Shown here piece after piece: positions 39,109 through 50,211 of a stretch of DNA of 64,000 nucleotides (position 1 is its first letter; every line of letters begins with the position of its first letter). A program made the translations under genes and the position numbers. The notes beneath the pieces were generated by a model. That model worked only from the letters and a program-made list of their open reading frames with translations, had not been told where the DNA came from and searched no databases. Location of the stretch: positions 24,193 through 88,192 of the forward strand of contig CAZWPR010000003.1 of NCBI GenBank assembly GCA_964636135.1, written 5' to 3'. The DNA comes from an uncultured Polynucleobacter sp. GTDB taxonomy: Bacteria; Pseudomonadota; Gammaproteobacteria; Burkholderiales; Burkholderiaceae.

Positions 39109-40125
39109 TTACTGAACTGCAGCAAAGACGCGTTCAGGACTAATCTGATTGAGGCAGTTTAAATGGCCTAGCGGGCACTCGCGTTGATGGCAAGGGCTGC
39201 AGGGCAAATGCAATGAGATGACGGTTGCTTTTGCAGAATTGGGTGGAGTATGGTTTGGATCGCTGGAGCCAAATACCGCTATCTGCGGAACGTCCAGGGC
39301 TGCTGCAATGTGCATCAAGCCGGAGTCATTACTCACCACCTTGCTACACAGACCAATGATGGCGATGGCCTCATCCAGCGATGTGGCTCCGCACCAGTTG
39401 ACTATGCGGCCCTGAGACGCTGCCCCGGAAACAATGGCATCGCCGATCGCGCGGTCTGATGGGCTTCCCAATAAAACGACTGAAGCGTTGGGGTTTGCTG
39501 CCAAAATGAGTTGTGCCAGCGCTGCGAAATGGGCGGCGGGCCAGCGTTTGCTGGGGCCATATTCTGCGCCGGGGCAGAGCACAACAAGCGTATCCGATTG
39601 AATACCAGCCGACTGCAATCGAGTACGCGCTGACTCCAGTGCAGATGCCCCTGGGGTCAAGTGCGGCGAAGGAATAGTTGCGTTGCGCTTGCTGGATGGC
39701 GCGCACAAACTGGCGTAATGCTCCACCATGGGGATGCGCTGCGTTTTGGGTGAATTGGCTTTGGTCTCAGTTAGCAAGAAACGGCGCAGTTCACCTTGAT
39801 AGCCAACGCGCACAGGAATATTGGCTAGCCAGGGAATGAGTGCGGACTTCAGGCTATTTGGTAGAACATAGCAGCTAGCGTAGTTGCGCTTTTTAATCTG
39901 AGTAGCAAGTGCGCGCCGTATGCCCCACTGCAATTGGCCATGTCGTAGATCGGCTTCAATTAATTCACTTACTTCGCTGCAGGCTCGGTAAACCGGTGCT
40001 ACCCAGGGGGTTGCTAAGACATCGATTGCTGCATGGGGATATGCGTTTTGGATTGCCGCTAACAGGGGCTGCGACATGACGGCATCGCCAATCCAGTTTG
40101 GAGCGATGACAAGAATGCGATGCAT
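39109..40125 (-). CDS. waaF: Lipopolysaccharide heptosyltransferase II
   Basis: PNWIGDAVM, LPNSLKSA, CPGAEYGPSKRWP, SNDSGLMH, CSPCHQRECPLGH. Confidence 0.95.
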   Translation of the reverse strand: MHRILVIAPNWIGDAVMSQPLLAAIQNAYPHAAIDVLATPWVAPVYRACSEVSELIEADLRHGQLQWGIRRALATQIKKRNYASCYVLPNSLKSALIPWLANIPVRVGYQGELRRFLLTETKANSPKTQRIPMVEHYASLCAPSSKRNATIPSPHLTPGASALESARTRLQSAGIQSDTLVVLCPGAEYGPSKRWPAAHFAALAQLILAANPNASVVLLGSPSDRAIGDAIVSGAASQGRIVNWCGATSLDEAIAIIGLCSKVVSNDSGLMHIAAALDVPQIAVFGSSDPNHTPPNSAKATVISLHLPCSPCHQRECPLGHLNCLNQISPERVFAAVQ

Positions 40126-40168
40126 TTGCAGATCCCCGCCTCGGTTGATGGATGCGGGGATGGAGTGA

Positions 40169-40372
40169 TTAATGACCGTGGGGTTCCGTGCCAGGAATCA
40201 AATGGTACTCAGTACCGCAGTACGGACACTTTGCTTGGCCGGTGTGGGTAATGTCTAAAAAAACACGGGGGTGCAAATTCCAGCTGGGCGTATCGCTTGT
40301 TGGGCAATGCAAAGGCAAATTAGCGCCATTCACCATGACGGGCGCTTGCGCTGCAGTGTGTGTTTGACTCAT
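40169..40372 (-). CDS. Zinc-finger (zf-CHCC) domain protein
   Basis: HCP....WNLHPRVFL...AKCPYCGT. Start MSQTH at 40372. Confidence 0.85.
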   Translation of the reverse strand: MSQTHTAAQAPVMVNGANLPLHCPTSDTPSWNLHPRVFLDITHTGQAKCPYCGTEYHLIPGTEPHGH

Positions 40373-40395
40373 GACGGATCCTTTCGCGCGCTGTC

Positions 40396-41319
40396 TTACT
40401 TGACTGGGGTGAGCCAATCGCTGTAACGATCATTCTTACCGTAGACCGTATCAAAAAACACATCTTGAATTTGCTTGGTGATGGGACCCTTTTTGCCATC
40501 GCCAATCATGCGGTCATCGAGTTCACGAATCGGCGTTACTTCGGCTGCAGTACCAGTAAAGAAGGCTTCATCCGCGGTATAGACTTCGTCGCGGGTTAGG
40601 CGTTTTTCACGGACTTCAAATCCCAAGTCTTTCGCAATTTGAATAATCGAGTCACGGGTAATGCCATCTAGGCACGATGCTAAATCTGGGGTGTAGACAA
40701 TACCGTTACGCACCATGAAGAGATTTTCACCGGAACCTTCGGACACATATCCTTCGGTATCCAGGAGCAAGGCTTCGTCGTAGCCGTTGGCAGTGACTTC
40801 TTGATTAGCCAGAATCGAATTAATGTAATAGCCCGATGCTTTTGCTCGCACTAAGGATGAATTAACAAAGTGCCGCGTGAACGACGATGTCTTAACGCGA
40901 ATGCCTTTATTTAGGCCATCTTCACCTAAGTAAGCGCCCCACAGCCAAGCTGCAATCACAGTATGAATCGAGTTGCCTTTGGGGGAGATGCCGAGCTTTT
41001 CTGAGCCAATGTAAATCAGGGGGCGGATGTAGCACGACTCCAATTGGTTGGCATTGACAACATCAATGATCGCTTGACGGATTTGTGCTTCGGTATAGGG
41101 CAGCGTAATTTGAAAAATTTTGGTGCCATTGAATAAGCGCTTGACGTGCTCATTCAAACGAAAGATCGCCGTACCTTTGGGTGTCTTGTACGCCCGAATG
41201 CCCTCGAATACACCCATGCCGTAATGCAAGCTGTGCGTGAGCACATGGGTTGTTGCTTCGCGCCATGGAATGAGTTTTCCATCGGACCAAATAAAACCAT
41301 CGCGGTCGGACATCGACAT
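40396..41319 (-). CDS. ilvE: Branched-chain amino acid aminotransferase
   Basis: LHYG..VFEGIRAY, AKASGYY.NS, EGSGEN, LDGITR, GTAAEV. Confidence 0.96.
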   Translation of the reverse strand: MSMSDRDGFIWSDGKLIPWREATTHVLTHSLHYGMGVFEGIRAYKTPKGTAIFRLNEHVKRLFNGTKIFQITLPYTEAQIRQAIIDVVNANQLESCYIRPLIYIGSEKLGISPKGNSIHTVIAAWLWGAYLGEDGLNKGIRVKTSSFTRHFVNSSLVRAKASGYYINSILANQEVTANGYDEALLLDTEGYVSEGSGENLFMVRNGIVYTPDLASCLDGITRDSIIQIAKDLGFEVREKRLTRDEVYTADEAFFTGTAAEVTPIRELDDRMIGDGKKGPITKQIQDVFFDTVYGKNDRYSDWLTPVK

Positions 41320-41443
41320 GTTTTCTACCTTTTGCGTTGAATTAATCGGAGCCCTTTGTCCTGCAATCGACTTGCAAAACCAAGCTGCCTAACATGGGCT
41401 TTATTGTAGAGCAGGCGGCAGGGCTTCCTATAATGGGGTTCCA

Positions 41444-42241
41444 ATGCCCAAGCACCCGAAAGCCCTTCCCATTCTGCGCTATTTGCCCTATTTTGCTTGG
41501 CCGCAGGATGAGCAGCTAGCCTTTCAGGATGGTTTGCGCACCATGTCAAGGTCGGTGGTGACTATTTTTACTTGGGCCTTAGTAACCGGCTTGGCCATGG
41601 GCAAATCGACTTTAACCCTCTGGCAGGCTGTTAGCATGAGCCTCTTGGTTTTTGCGGGCACGGCGCAATTAGCCGCATTGCCCCTGATTGCGCTGGGCTT
41701 GCCAGTCTGGACCATCTTAATCACGGCATTTATCGTCAATTTGCGTTTCGTCATCTTTAGCATTGGGATGCAGGCCCATTTTTACTTCTTACCGCTGTGG
41801 CGTCGAGCCACTCTAGGCTACTTCACGGCCGATTTTGGCTATTTGATGTACACCGCGAGATACCCAGAAGCGCATCCACCCGAGGAAAATCTAACTGCTC
41901 GCCGATCCCGCACCGTCTTTATGTATGGACTAACCACCGGCAACTGGAGCATATGGCAGATGGGCTCGCTGCTGGGCATTGTCTTGGCAGAACAAATTCC
42001 GCAAAGCTGGGGGCTGGAGTTTGCAGGTACTCTAGCCTTGATTGCGGTGATTGTGCCCATGCTCGATCGTGCCGCAGCGCGCTGGGCTGCTGGTGCTGCA
42101 GCTCTCGTTGCCGTTTTGAGTATGGGTCTGCCCTTTAAGCTCAATATTGTTCTGGCAATTGGTGCTGCAATTGCGGTGGGCATTGTCAGCGATCGCCGCC
42201 CCAAAGACCCCCAAACCAACCAAGTTAGCGCGGGAGATTAG
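41444..42241 (+). CDS. AzlC family branched-chain amino acid exporter permease
   Basis: MS.LVFAGTAQLA, IVNLRF, W.IWQ, GLEFA. Confidence 0.85.
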   Translation: MPKHPKALPILRYLPYFAWPQDEQLAFQDGLRTMSRSVVTIFTWALVTGLAMGKSTLTLWQAVSMSLLVFAGTAQLAALPLIALGLPVWTILITAFIVNLRFVIFSIGMQAHFYFLPLWRRATLGYFTADFGYLMYTARYPEAHPPEENLTARRSRTVFMYGLTTGNWSIWQMGSLLGIVLAEQIPQSWGLEFAGTLALIAVIVPMLDRAAARWAAGAAALVAVLSMGLPFKLNIVLAIGAAIAVGIVSDRRPKDPQTNQVSAGD

Positions 42242-42242
42242 C

Positions 42243-42584
42243 GTGCCCACCCTCACTTCCCTCGAAATCAGCACATTAATTGTGGGTATGGGCCTAGTAA
42301 CCTTGGGGACACGGGGTTTTTTTATGTACTTAGGGGATCGGGTGCGGATGCCCGAACTCATTTTGCGCTCGATTCGGTATGCCCCGTTGGCAGCGATTGT
42401 GGCGATTTTGGCCCCGGAAATCCTGATGCCCAAGGGAGCCACTCAAATTAGCCAGTTTAATTGGGCTATTCCGCAGATTTGGGCCGGTTTAGCTGCTTTT
42501 GTGGTGTTTACCTGGCTGCGTAGCATGTTGCCGACCCTGATTATTGGGATGTTGGTTTATAGCTTGCTGCGCTACTGGTTTTAG
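42243..42584 (+). CDS. AzlD family membrane protein
   Basis: Likely GTG start; GM.LVT..TR, RYAP.AA..AI..P; follows azlC. Confidence 0.82.
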   Translation: MPTLTSLEISTLIVGMGLVTLGTRGFFMYLGDRVRMPELILRSIRYAPLAAIVAILAPEILMPKGATQISQFNWAIPQIWAGLAAFVVFTWLRSMLPTLIIGMLVYSLLRYWF

Positions 42585-42619
42585 AATGGGGGATTGTTCT
42601 ATTTCCAAATTTCATTTCC

Positions 42620-43831
42620 ATGTCCGATACCCTTTTTAAAGTAAAACGCCTCCATGACTTAGCGCAGGCTGGACTGTTAAAAGGCAAGCGGGTGTTGATC
42701 CGCTCAGATCTGAATGTGCCTCAAGATGAGGCTGGCAATGTTACCGAAGATACCCGCATTCGGGCATCCATTCCGGCGATTGAAATTTGCTTACAAGCGG
42801 GGGCTGCAGTGATGGTGACCTCCCACCTTGGGAGGCCAACTGAAGGCCAATTTAAACCCGAAGATAGCTTGGCTCCAGTAGCGCACCGCATCGCAGAAAT
42901 ACTCAATCGCAAAGTCCCTCTAATTAGTGATTGGGTCGATGGTGGTTTCGATCTCCATCCTGGTGATCTGGTCTTGCTTGAAAACTGCCGGGTCAATGTG
43001 GGTGAAAAGAAAAACAGCGAAGCACTCGCCAAAAAAATTGCTGCACTCTGCGATGTCTATGTCAATGATGCCTTTGGTACAGCGCATCGCGCTGAAGCCA
43101 CAACGCATGGTGTTGCCCGGTTTGCACCGATTGCCTGTGCAGGCCCACTCATGGCTGCTGAGCTTGATGCTTTAAGCAGAGCCCTCGCTAATCCCAAGCG
43201 TCCCTTGATCGCCATTGTGGCTGGATCCAAAGTCTCGAGCAAGCTGACGATTCTGAAAGCCTTGGCTGAAAAAGTCGATGAGCTGATTGTGGGTGGCGGC
43301 ATTGCTAATACCTTCATGCTGGCAAAGGGGCTGCCGATTGGCAAGTCTTTAGCCGAGCCTGACCTGGTGAATGAGGCTAGGGAAATCATGGATCTGATGG
43401 AAAAGCGCGGCGCCCATGTGCCGATTCCAGAAGACGTGGTGGTGGCGAATGAACTCTCGCCATTGGCGCGCGCCAATCGGGTGCCATCCAATGAGGTGGC
43501 AGAGGACGACATGATCTTGGATGTGGGTCCGAAGACAGCCGCACGGCTCTCTACTATGCTGGCCCATGCGGGCACGATTGTATGGAACGGGCCTTTAGGG
43601 GTTTTTGAGATTGATCAATTTGGCGGTGGCACCAAAATGATTGCAGCAGCCATTGCCCATTCCCCAGCATTTTCAATTGCGGGTGGTGGCGATACCTTGG
43701 CGGCCATTGCCAAGTATGGCATCGAAAATCAAGTTGATTACATATCTACCGGTGGCGGCGCTTTCCTCGAGTTCTTGGAAGGCAAAACATTACCGGCGTT
43801 TGCAGTATTGGTTGAACGAGGAAGCGAATAA
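42620..43831 (+). CDS. pgk: Phosphoglycerate kinase
   Basis: [44 protein letters not shown]. Confidence 0.97.
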   Translation: MSDTLFKVKRLHDLAQAGLLKGKRVLIRSDLNVPQDEAGNVTEDTRIRASIPAIEICLQAGAAVMVTSHLGRPTEGQFKPEDSLAPVAHRIAEILNRKVPLISDWVDGGFDLHPGDLVLLENCRVNVGEKKNSEALAKKIAALCDVYVNDAFGTAHRAEATTHGVARFAPIACAGPLMAAELDALSRALANPKRPLIAIVAGSKVSSKLTILKALAEKVDELIVGGGIANTFMLAKGLPIGKSLAEPDLVNEAREIMDLMEKRGAHVPIPEDVVVANELSPLARANRVPSNEVAEDDMILDVGPKTAARLSTMLAHAGTIVWNGPLGVFEIDQFGGGTKMIAAAIAHSPAFSIAGGGDTLAAIAKYGIENQVDYISTGGGAFLEFLEGKTLPAFAVLVERGSE

Positions 43832-43846
43832 AAAAAGGAGCTTTTC

Positions 43847-45283
43847 ATGTTACGAGCCACAAAGATCATTGCAACACTAGGACCCGCTTCAGAAAAACCA
43901 GAGGTTCTGCGAGACATGATCCGCGCCGGATTGGATGTGGTTCGACTGAACTTTTCGCATGGCACTGTTGAAGATCACCGCGCACGCCATGACATGGTTC
44001 GCTCGATTTGCGCTGAAGTCGGTCGTGAGCTTGGCATTATGGCGGACCTGCAAGGACCGAAGATTCGGGTGGGCAAGTTCGCAGACGGTAAGGCCATCCT
44101 CAAGGAAGGCGCTCCATTTATTTTGGATGTTGCCTGCAATCTGGGTAATGAGGAGCGCGTTGGTCTAGATTACAAAAATTTACCCAATGATGTCCGCGCG
44201 GGCGATCGCCTGCTCCTCAATGATGGCTTGATCGTATTGCGCGTGGAGTCCGTCAAGGGTGGCGAGATTCATACGCGCGTTGAGCTTGGAGGCGCACTCT
44301 CGAACAACAAAGGCATTAATCGTGCTGGTGGTGGTTTAACGGCCCCTGCCTTGACGGAGAAAGATATTCTCGATTTAGATGCCGCGATTGCAATGGGCGT
44401 CGACTTTGTTGCGATCAGTTTTCCAAAAGATGGCGCGGATATGGCCTACGCCCGCAAATTAGCCGATGCAGCTAGTGCCAAGCATGGCGTACCAAAGGTC
44501 AAGTTAATTGCCAAAGTCGAGCGTGCCGAGGCGATTGAGCCCGATGCCCTCAATAGCATCATTGCTGAGAGCGATGGCATCATGGTCGCACGCGGTGACC
44601 TCGCCATTGAGGTGGGTAACCCTGCTGTGCCAGCCTTACAAAAGCGCATGATCAAGCTGGCTCGTGAAGCCGATAAATTTACAATTACGGCCACGCAAAT
44701 GATGGAGTCGATGATTAGTGCGCCGGTACCCACCCGCGCTGAGGTGAGTGACGTCGCGAATGCCGTTTTAGATGGGACCGATGCCGTGATGTTATCGGCG
44801 GAATCGGCCACAGGAATGTATCCCGTCAAAACCATTGAGCAGATGGCGGAGATTTGCATCGAAGCAGAAAAATCAGAACAGGTTCGGCTGGATACCGACT
44901 TTTTAGATCAAACTTTCACCCGTATTGATCAGACGATTGCCTTAGGTGCTTTATTTACAGCACACCATTTGCATGCCACCGCCATTGCTGCACTGACGCA
45001 GTCGGGATCCACCCCCATCTGGATGAGTCGCCATAATATTCATGTCCCTATTTTTGCCTTGACGCCCAGCATCTCGACCCAGCGGGTGCTCAGCACCTAT
45101 CGCAACGTCACGCCCTTAGCCTTGGCGCTAAGCAACGATCGTGATACGGCATTGGCGCAAGTAGAAGCGCGCCTTAAAGAGCTCGGCGCCGTGAAAACGG
45201 GCGATACGATTGTATTGACGATTGGAGCGCCGATGGGTTCCCCTGGCGGTACTAATACCTTAAAGATTATCAACGTAAAATAA
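43847..45283 (+). CDS. pyk: Pyruvate kinase
   Basis: TKIIATLGPAS, DLQGPKIR, MVARGDL, ATQMMESM, PTRAEVSDVANA. Confidence 0.97.
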   Translation: MLRATKIIATLGPASEKPEVLRDMIRAGLDVVRLNFSHGTVEDHRARHDMVRSICAEVGRELGIMADLQGPKIRVGKFADGKAILKEGAPFILDVACNLGNEERVGLDYKNLPNDVRAGDRLLLNDGLIVLRVESVKGGEIHTRVELGGALSNNKGINRAGGGLTAPALTEKDILDLDAAIAMGVDFVAISFPKDGADMAYARKLADAASAKHGVPKVKLIAKVERAEAIEPDALNSIIAESDGIMVARGDLAIEVGNPAVPALQKRMIKLAREADKFTITATQMMESMISAPVPTRAEVSDVANAVLDGTDAVMLSAESATGMYPVKTIEQMAEICIEAEKSEQVRLDTDFLDQTFTRIDQTIALGALFTAHHLHATAIAALTQSGSTPIWMSRHNIHVPIFALTPSISTQRVLSTYRNVTPLALALSNDRDTALAQVEARLKELGAVKTGDTIVLTIGAPMGSPGGTNTLKIINVK

Positions 45284-45322
45284 GACCCTGAATTTTTATC
45301 CTTTTATATAGAAGAGAGTGTT

Positions 45323-46387
45323 ATGCCCCTTGTATCCATGCGCCAACTGCTAGACCACGCTGCTGAAAACAGCTACGGATTGCCTGCTTTCAATGTCAAT
45401 AACTTAGAGCAGGTACAAGCCATCATGATGGCGGCGGATGAGGTCGGTGCGCCTGTCATCATGCAGGCATCGGCAGGGGCGCGAAAGTATGCTGGCGAAG
45501 CATTTTTACGTCATTTGATTTCCGCGGCGGTAGAAGAGTATCCCCATATTCCTGTGGTGATGCATCAAGATCACGGTCAAAGCCCAGCGGTTTGTATGGC
45601 GGCAATTAAAAGCGGCTTCACCAGTGTGATGATGGATGGCTCACTCGAAGCCGATGGTAAATCGGTTGCAAGTTATGACTACAACGTTGCTGTGTCACAA
45701 GAGGTGGTGAAGTTCTCACACTCGATTGGCGTTACGGTAGAGGCAGAGCTGGGTGTTTTGGGCTCCCTCGAAACCATGATGGGCGATAAAGAAGATGGTC
45801 ACGGCGCCGATGGCACGATGACGCGTGAGCAGTTGTTAACCGACGTAGAGCAGGCAGCCGATTTTGTCCGTGCTACCCAATGCGATGCACTAGCGATTGC
45901 GATCGGCACCAGCCATGGTGCATATAAATTTACGAAGAAGCCAACCGGCGATATTTTGGCGATCACGCGCATTAAAGAAATCAATCAACGCATTCCAAAC
46001 ACCCACCTTGTGATGCACGGCTCTTCCAGTGTTCCGCAGGAGTTACTTGCCGAGATTCGGGCTTTTGGTGGCGATATGAAAGAAACCTACGGCGTACCCG
46101 TAGAAGAAATTCAAGAAGGCATCAAGCACGGTGTGCGTAAGATTAATATCGACACCGATATTCGCTTGGCGATGACGGCTGCGATTCGCCGCTATCTGTT
46201 TGAGAACCCCGGTAAATTTGATCCACGCGACTACCTCAAGCCAGCACGCGAAGCGGCAAAGGCGATCTGCGTTGCACGTTATACCTCGTTTGGTTGTGCT
46301 GGTCAGGCAGCAAAAATTAAGCCCGTCTCTCTCGAAAAAATGGCCGAGCGCTATCGCGCCGGTCAGCTTGCCCAGATCGTGAAGTAA
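45323..46387 (+). CDS. fba: Fructose-bisphosphate aldolase class II
   Basis: [39 protein letters not shown]. Confidence 0.97.
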   Translation: MPLVSMRQLLDHAAENSYGLPAFNVNNLEQVQAIMMAADEVGAPVIMQASAGARKYAGEAFLRHLISAAVEEYPHIPVVMHQDHGQSPAVCMAAIKSGFTSVMMDGSLEADGKSVASYDYNVAVSQEVVKFSHSIGVTVEAELGVLGSLETMMGDKEDGHGADGTMTREQLLTDVEQAADFVRATQCDALAIAIGTSHGAYKFTKKPTGDILAITRIKEINQRIPNTHLVMHGSSSVPQELLAEIRAFGGDMKETYGVPVEEIQEGIKHGVRKINIDTDIRLAMTAAIRRYLFENPGKFDPRDYLKPAREAAKAICVARYTSFGCAGQAAKIKPVSLEKMAERYRAGQLAQIVK

Positions 46388-46391
46388 TGCA

Positions 46392-47294
46392 ATGAAAAAA
46401 GCATTGCACGCCACCTCGATTACCTCTTTACCCTTGTTATCCAAAGGCAAGGTACGCGATGTATATGAATTGGGTAGTGACCGTTTGCTGATGATTACAA
46501 CCGATCGCCTGTCGGCATTCGATGTGATTTTGCCGCAGCCTATTCCTGAAAAAGGAATCATTCTCAATCAAATGGCGAACTTTTGGTTTGATAAATTAGC
46601 CCATGTGATTCCCAACCACCTCACGGGTATTGATCCTGCAACCGTAGTGAGCGCGGATGAAGTGGAGCAGGTGCAAGGTCGTGCGGTGGTAGCGAAGCGA
46701 CTCAAGCCCATTTTGGTTGAGGCTGTAGTGCGGGGATATTTGGCCGGCAGTGGCTGGAAAGATTATCAAGAAACCGGCAGCGTGTGCGGCGTTCCTTTAC
46801 CGCCCGGTTTGCAAAATGCCCAAAAGTTAGCCCAGCCCATCTTCACGCCTGCTGCTAAATCGGCCGTGGGCGAGCACGATGAAAACATTTCATTTGAAGA
46901 GGTAGTGAAGCGCATTGGTGCATCCTTAGCCAATCAAATTCGAGACGTCAGCATTCGCCTGTATGAGGAAGCCTCGCGCTATGCCGCCACCCGCGGCATC
47001 ATCATTGCCGATACCAAATTTGAGTTTGGTTTAGATGAAGCCAATCAACTGGTACTGATGGATGAGATTCTGACCGCAGATTCGTCTCGTTTTTGGCCGG
47101 CTGAGACTTACCAGCCTGGCACGAATCCCCCATCGTATGACAAGCAATTTATACGCGACTGGTTGGAGCAAGTTCGGATCGATGGCAAGCCATGGCCTAA
47201 AACCCCTCCAGCCCCTGATCTGCCCAATGATGTGATCGAAAAGACCGCAGAAAAGTACCGCGAGGCCCTCACGCGCCTGAGTCAGGCAGTCTAA
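46392..47294 (+). CDS. purC: SAICAR synthetase
   Basis: [29 protein letters not shown]. Confidence 0.97.
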   Translation: MKKALHATSITSLPLLSKGKVRDVYELGSDRLLMITTDRLSAFDVILPQPIPEKGIILNQMANFWFDKLAHVIPNHLTGIDPATVVSADEVEQVQGRAVVAKRLKPILVEAVVRGYLAGSGWKDYQETGSVCGVPLPPGLQNAQKLAQPIFTPAAKSAVGEHDENISFEEVVKRIGASLANQIRDVSIRLYEEASRYAATRGIIIADTKFEFGLDEANQLVLMDEILTADSSRFWPAETYQPGTNPPSYDKQFIRDWLEQVRIDGKPWPKTPPAPDLPNDVIEKTAEKYREALTRLSQAV

Positions 47295-47377
47295 TTGGCA
47301 GTCATTCCGCTGGAGTCCCTGCCAAAAGGCTGGGATAATAGATCCTCTTTTCGTATCCAGCATAAGTGGAGCAGGTC

Positions 47378-47884
47378 ATGAGCACAGGTTCAAACACATC
47401 AGCAGTCGTTGGCATTGTGATGGGTTCCAATTCCGATTGGGATGTCATGCAGCATGCCGCCCAAATGCTAGATCAGTTTGGCGTGCCTTATGAGGCCCAG
47501 GTTTTATCTGCGCACCGCATGCCCGATGATATGTTTGCCTATGCGGAGGCGGCCCGTGGTCGCGGCCTGCGAGCAATTATTGCTGGCGCAGGAGGCGCTG
47601 CCCATTTACCAGGGATGCTTGCCTCTAAAACCCTAGTGCCAGTTTTTGGTGTGCCCGTTCCCAGCAAGTATTTACGCGGCGAAGACTCCCTGTATTCGAT
47701 TGTGCAAATGCCTAAAGGCATTCCAGTAGCTACTTTTGCAATTGGCGAGGCAGGCGCTGCCAATGCGGCATTACACGTGATTGCTATTTTGGCCGCGCAT
47801 AATCCTGATTTGATGAGGGCCCTCGAAGGCTTTCGCAGTAAACAAACTGCGCTAGCGCAAGCCATGGAATTAGCAGTGAAGTGA
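47378..47884 (+). CDS. purE: N5-CAIR mutase
   Basis: [27 protein letters not shown]. Confidence 0.97.
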   Translation: MSTGSNTSAVVGIVMGSNSDWDVMQHAAQMLDQFGVPYEAQVLSAHRMPDDMFAYAEAARGRGLRAIIAGAGGAAHLPGMLASKTLVPVFGVPVPSKYLRGEDSLYSIVQMPKGIPVATFAIGEAGAANAALHVIAILAAHNPDLMRALEGFRSKQTALAQAMELAVK

Positions 47885-47887
47885 TTG

Positions 47888-49099
47888 ATGAGTATGAACG
47901 CAGCTTCTTCCTCGAGCATTTGTAAATCACCGGCCTGGCTCGGTATTTTGGGTGGCGGCCAGCTTGGGCGTATGTTTGTCCATGAGGCTCAGTCATTGGG
48001 ATTTAAAGTCTGCGTGCTGGATCCTGATCCGCTCAGTCCGGGCGGATCAGTTGCCGAAAAACATGTATGCGCCGATTATCTTGATGAAGCCGCTCTTTCT
48101 GAAATGGCCAGTTTGTGCTCTGCCATTAGTACGGAGTTTGAAAACGTCCCTGCACAAGCACTCGATTTTTTCAAAGCACGCGGGATCTTTGTTGCTCCGG
48201 ATAGCAGTTGCGTCTCGATCGCACAAGACCGCATCAAAGAAAAAGCATTTTTAGCGCAGTGCGCCCCGATCTCTGGAGTGGGTCCGGTACCGTATGGTGT
48301 GATTCATGGCGAAGCTGATCTCACTTTACTTGCAGATGATCTCTTCCCCGGTATTTTAAAAACGGTGCGCCTCGGTTATGACGGTAAAGGCCAAGTGACA
48401 GTGCAGTCGCGCGATCAATTAGCAGCTGCTTGGGCCGATTTGGGCAAGGTTGCATGTGTACTAGAAAAGCGTATGGCATTGGCTTTCGAGGTATCGGCGA
48501 TTGTGGCGCGCGGGCACGATGGTGATGTGCGCTCATTTCCGCCTGCTGAAAACATCCACCGCCAGGGTATCTTGCATACCAGTACAGTACCCTCGCCATC
48601 ATTACAGCAGTATCCTGCTTTACTCGAGCGGATTCAAAAAGCAACTAGCGCGATTGCGCAGGAGATGAAGTACGTCGGAGTACTTTGCGTTGAATATTTT
48701 GTTCTTACCGATGGCAACATCGTTGCCAATGAGGTAGCACCGCGTCCGCATAATTCAGGACACTACACCATGGATGCCTGCATTACGAGTCAGTTTCAGC
48801 AACAGGTTAGGGCAATGGCTCGCTTGCCCCTGGGCGATACGCGCTTGTTAAGTCCGGTTGCTATGCTCAATATCTTGGGCGATGCATGGTTTGTTCAGGA
48901 CGGCAAGCAGCAAACGACTGCAAGCGAGCCAGCATGGGAGGGTGTTCTCAGCCACCCCGATGCAAAACTCCATTTGTACGGCAAGGCATCCCCTTTGCCC
49001 GGTCGCAAAATGGGTCATGTCAATTGCCTCGGCCAATCCCTGGATGAGGCGCGGCAGAATTGCTCTGCGGTTGCTGGCGATTTAGGCATCGCTCCTTAA
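47888..49099 (+). CDS. purK: N5-CAIR synthase
   Basis: GILGGGQLGRM, EFENV, GYDGKGQ, NEVAPRPHNSGH, GRKMGH. Confidence 0.96.
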   Translation: MSMNAASSSSICKSPAWLGILGGGQLGRMFVHEAQSLGFKVCVLDPDPLSPGGSVAEKHVCADYLDEAALSEMASLCSAISTEFENVPAQALDFFKARGIFVAPDSSCVSIAQDRIKEKAFLAQCAPISGVGPVPYGVIHGEADLTLLADDLFPGILKTVRLGYDGKGQVTVQSRDQLAAAWADLGKVACVLEKRMALAFEVSAIVARGHDGDVRSFPPAENIHRQGILHTSTVPSPSLQQYPALLERIQKATSAIAQEMKYVGVLCVEYFVLTDGNIVANEVAPRPHNSGHYTMDACITSQFQQQVRAMARLPLGDTRLLSPVAMLNILGDAWFVQDGKQQTTASEPAWEGVLSHPDAKLHLYGKASPLPGRKMGHVNCLGQSLDEARQNCSAVAGDLGIAP

Positions 49100-49113
49100 G
49101 TGATGCTGTAGTA

Positions 49114-50211
49114 GTGAGAACCGATCCGCAGTCCGCCATCAGCACTGCCGAATTGCAGCAAGCAGTGCAACGCCTAGAGCAGGGCGGTTTGGTTGCGATT
49201 CCTACCGAGACGGTTTACGGTCTTGCAGCAGATGCCAGCAATGAACAGGCAGTAAAAAATATATTCTCTGCCAAAGGTAGGCCTGCAGACCATCCTTTGA
49301 TTGTGCATCTGGCAGCACCATCATTCACGGAAGCATCCTCAGCGAATCAATCAGATGCCTGGTTTAAGTTGATTGCGCCTTGGGTGCGCGATCTTCCAGA
49401 CGAGGCAATGCGCTTGGTAGAGACCTTCTGGCCTGGCCCCTTAACACTAGTGCTAAAAAAAGATAAACACGTGCTGAGTGCGGTGACCGGTGGGCAAGAT
49501 ACCATTGCATTGCGCTCACCTGACCACCCAGTGGCGCAAGCCCTATTACAAGCGTTTGGCGGCGGTTTGGCAGCGCCATCGGCAAATCGTTTTGGTAAGG
49601 TATCGCCCACCCGGGCTGCGGATGTGAGCACTGAATTCACCGACCAAGCCGATTTATTAATCTTGGACGGCGGTGATTGCACTGTCGGTATCGAGTCGAC
49701 GATTGTGGATCTGTCTTCGGACACCCCAGTCTTGTTGCGCCCTGGTGCGATTACGCCAGAGCAAATTGAGCAGAAAACAGGGGTCCGCGTATTGCAAGCC
49801 GGAGCACGTGCCGATGCGGACACAATTACGCCACGTGTATCAGGTAGTCTTAAAGCCCATTACGCACCCAATACACCATTGCGTTTGTACGCCGCAGGTG
49901 CAGCGCTCGATTGCATTTCGCAATACCCAGATACCAAATCCCATGTAGCCCTTGTAGTGTGGGAATCAGAGCAAATGCGTGACCCACAGGTTTTGGGCGC
50001 CTCGCATATTCAGCAGATACCCATTCCGGAGCAGAGCGACTTATTTGCTAGCCGGCTATACCGACTATTGCGTGACTTAGATGATCATTCGTGGGATTTA
50101 ATCGTGATGCCCGAACCGCCAATGGGGCAACAGTGGGATGGGGTGCGAGACCGACTTCAGCGCGCTTGCTTTGGTTCTGGGCCGCCCGTTAATAACCACG
50201 TCAATAGTTGA
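49114..50211 (+). CDS. Threonylcarbamoyl-AMP synthase (Sua5/YwlC type)
   Basis: PTETVYGLAA, KGRP..HPLIVH, WPGPLT, APSAN, GIESTI, HYAP. GTG start inferred. Confidence 0.92.
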   Translation: MRTDPQSAISTAELQQAVQRLEQGGLVAIPTETVYGLAADASNEQAVKNIFSAKGRPADHPLIVHLAAPSFTEASSANQSDAWFKLIAPWVRDLPDEAMRLVETFWPGPLTLVLKKDKHVLSAVTGGQDTIALRSPDHPVAQALLQAFGGGLAAPSANRFGKVSPTRAADVSTEFTDQADLLILDGGDCTVGIESTIVDLSSDTPVLLRPGAITPEQIEQKTGVRVLQAGARADADTITPRVSGSLKAHYAPNTPLRLYAAGAALDCISQYPDTKSHVALVVWESEQMRDPQVLGASHIQQIPIPEQSDLFASRLYRLLRDLDDHSWDLIVMPEPPMGQQWDGVRDRLQRACFGSGPPVNNHVNS

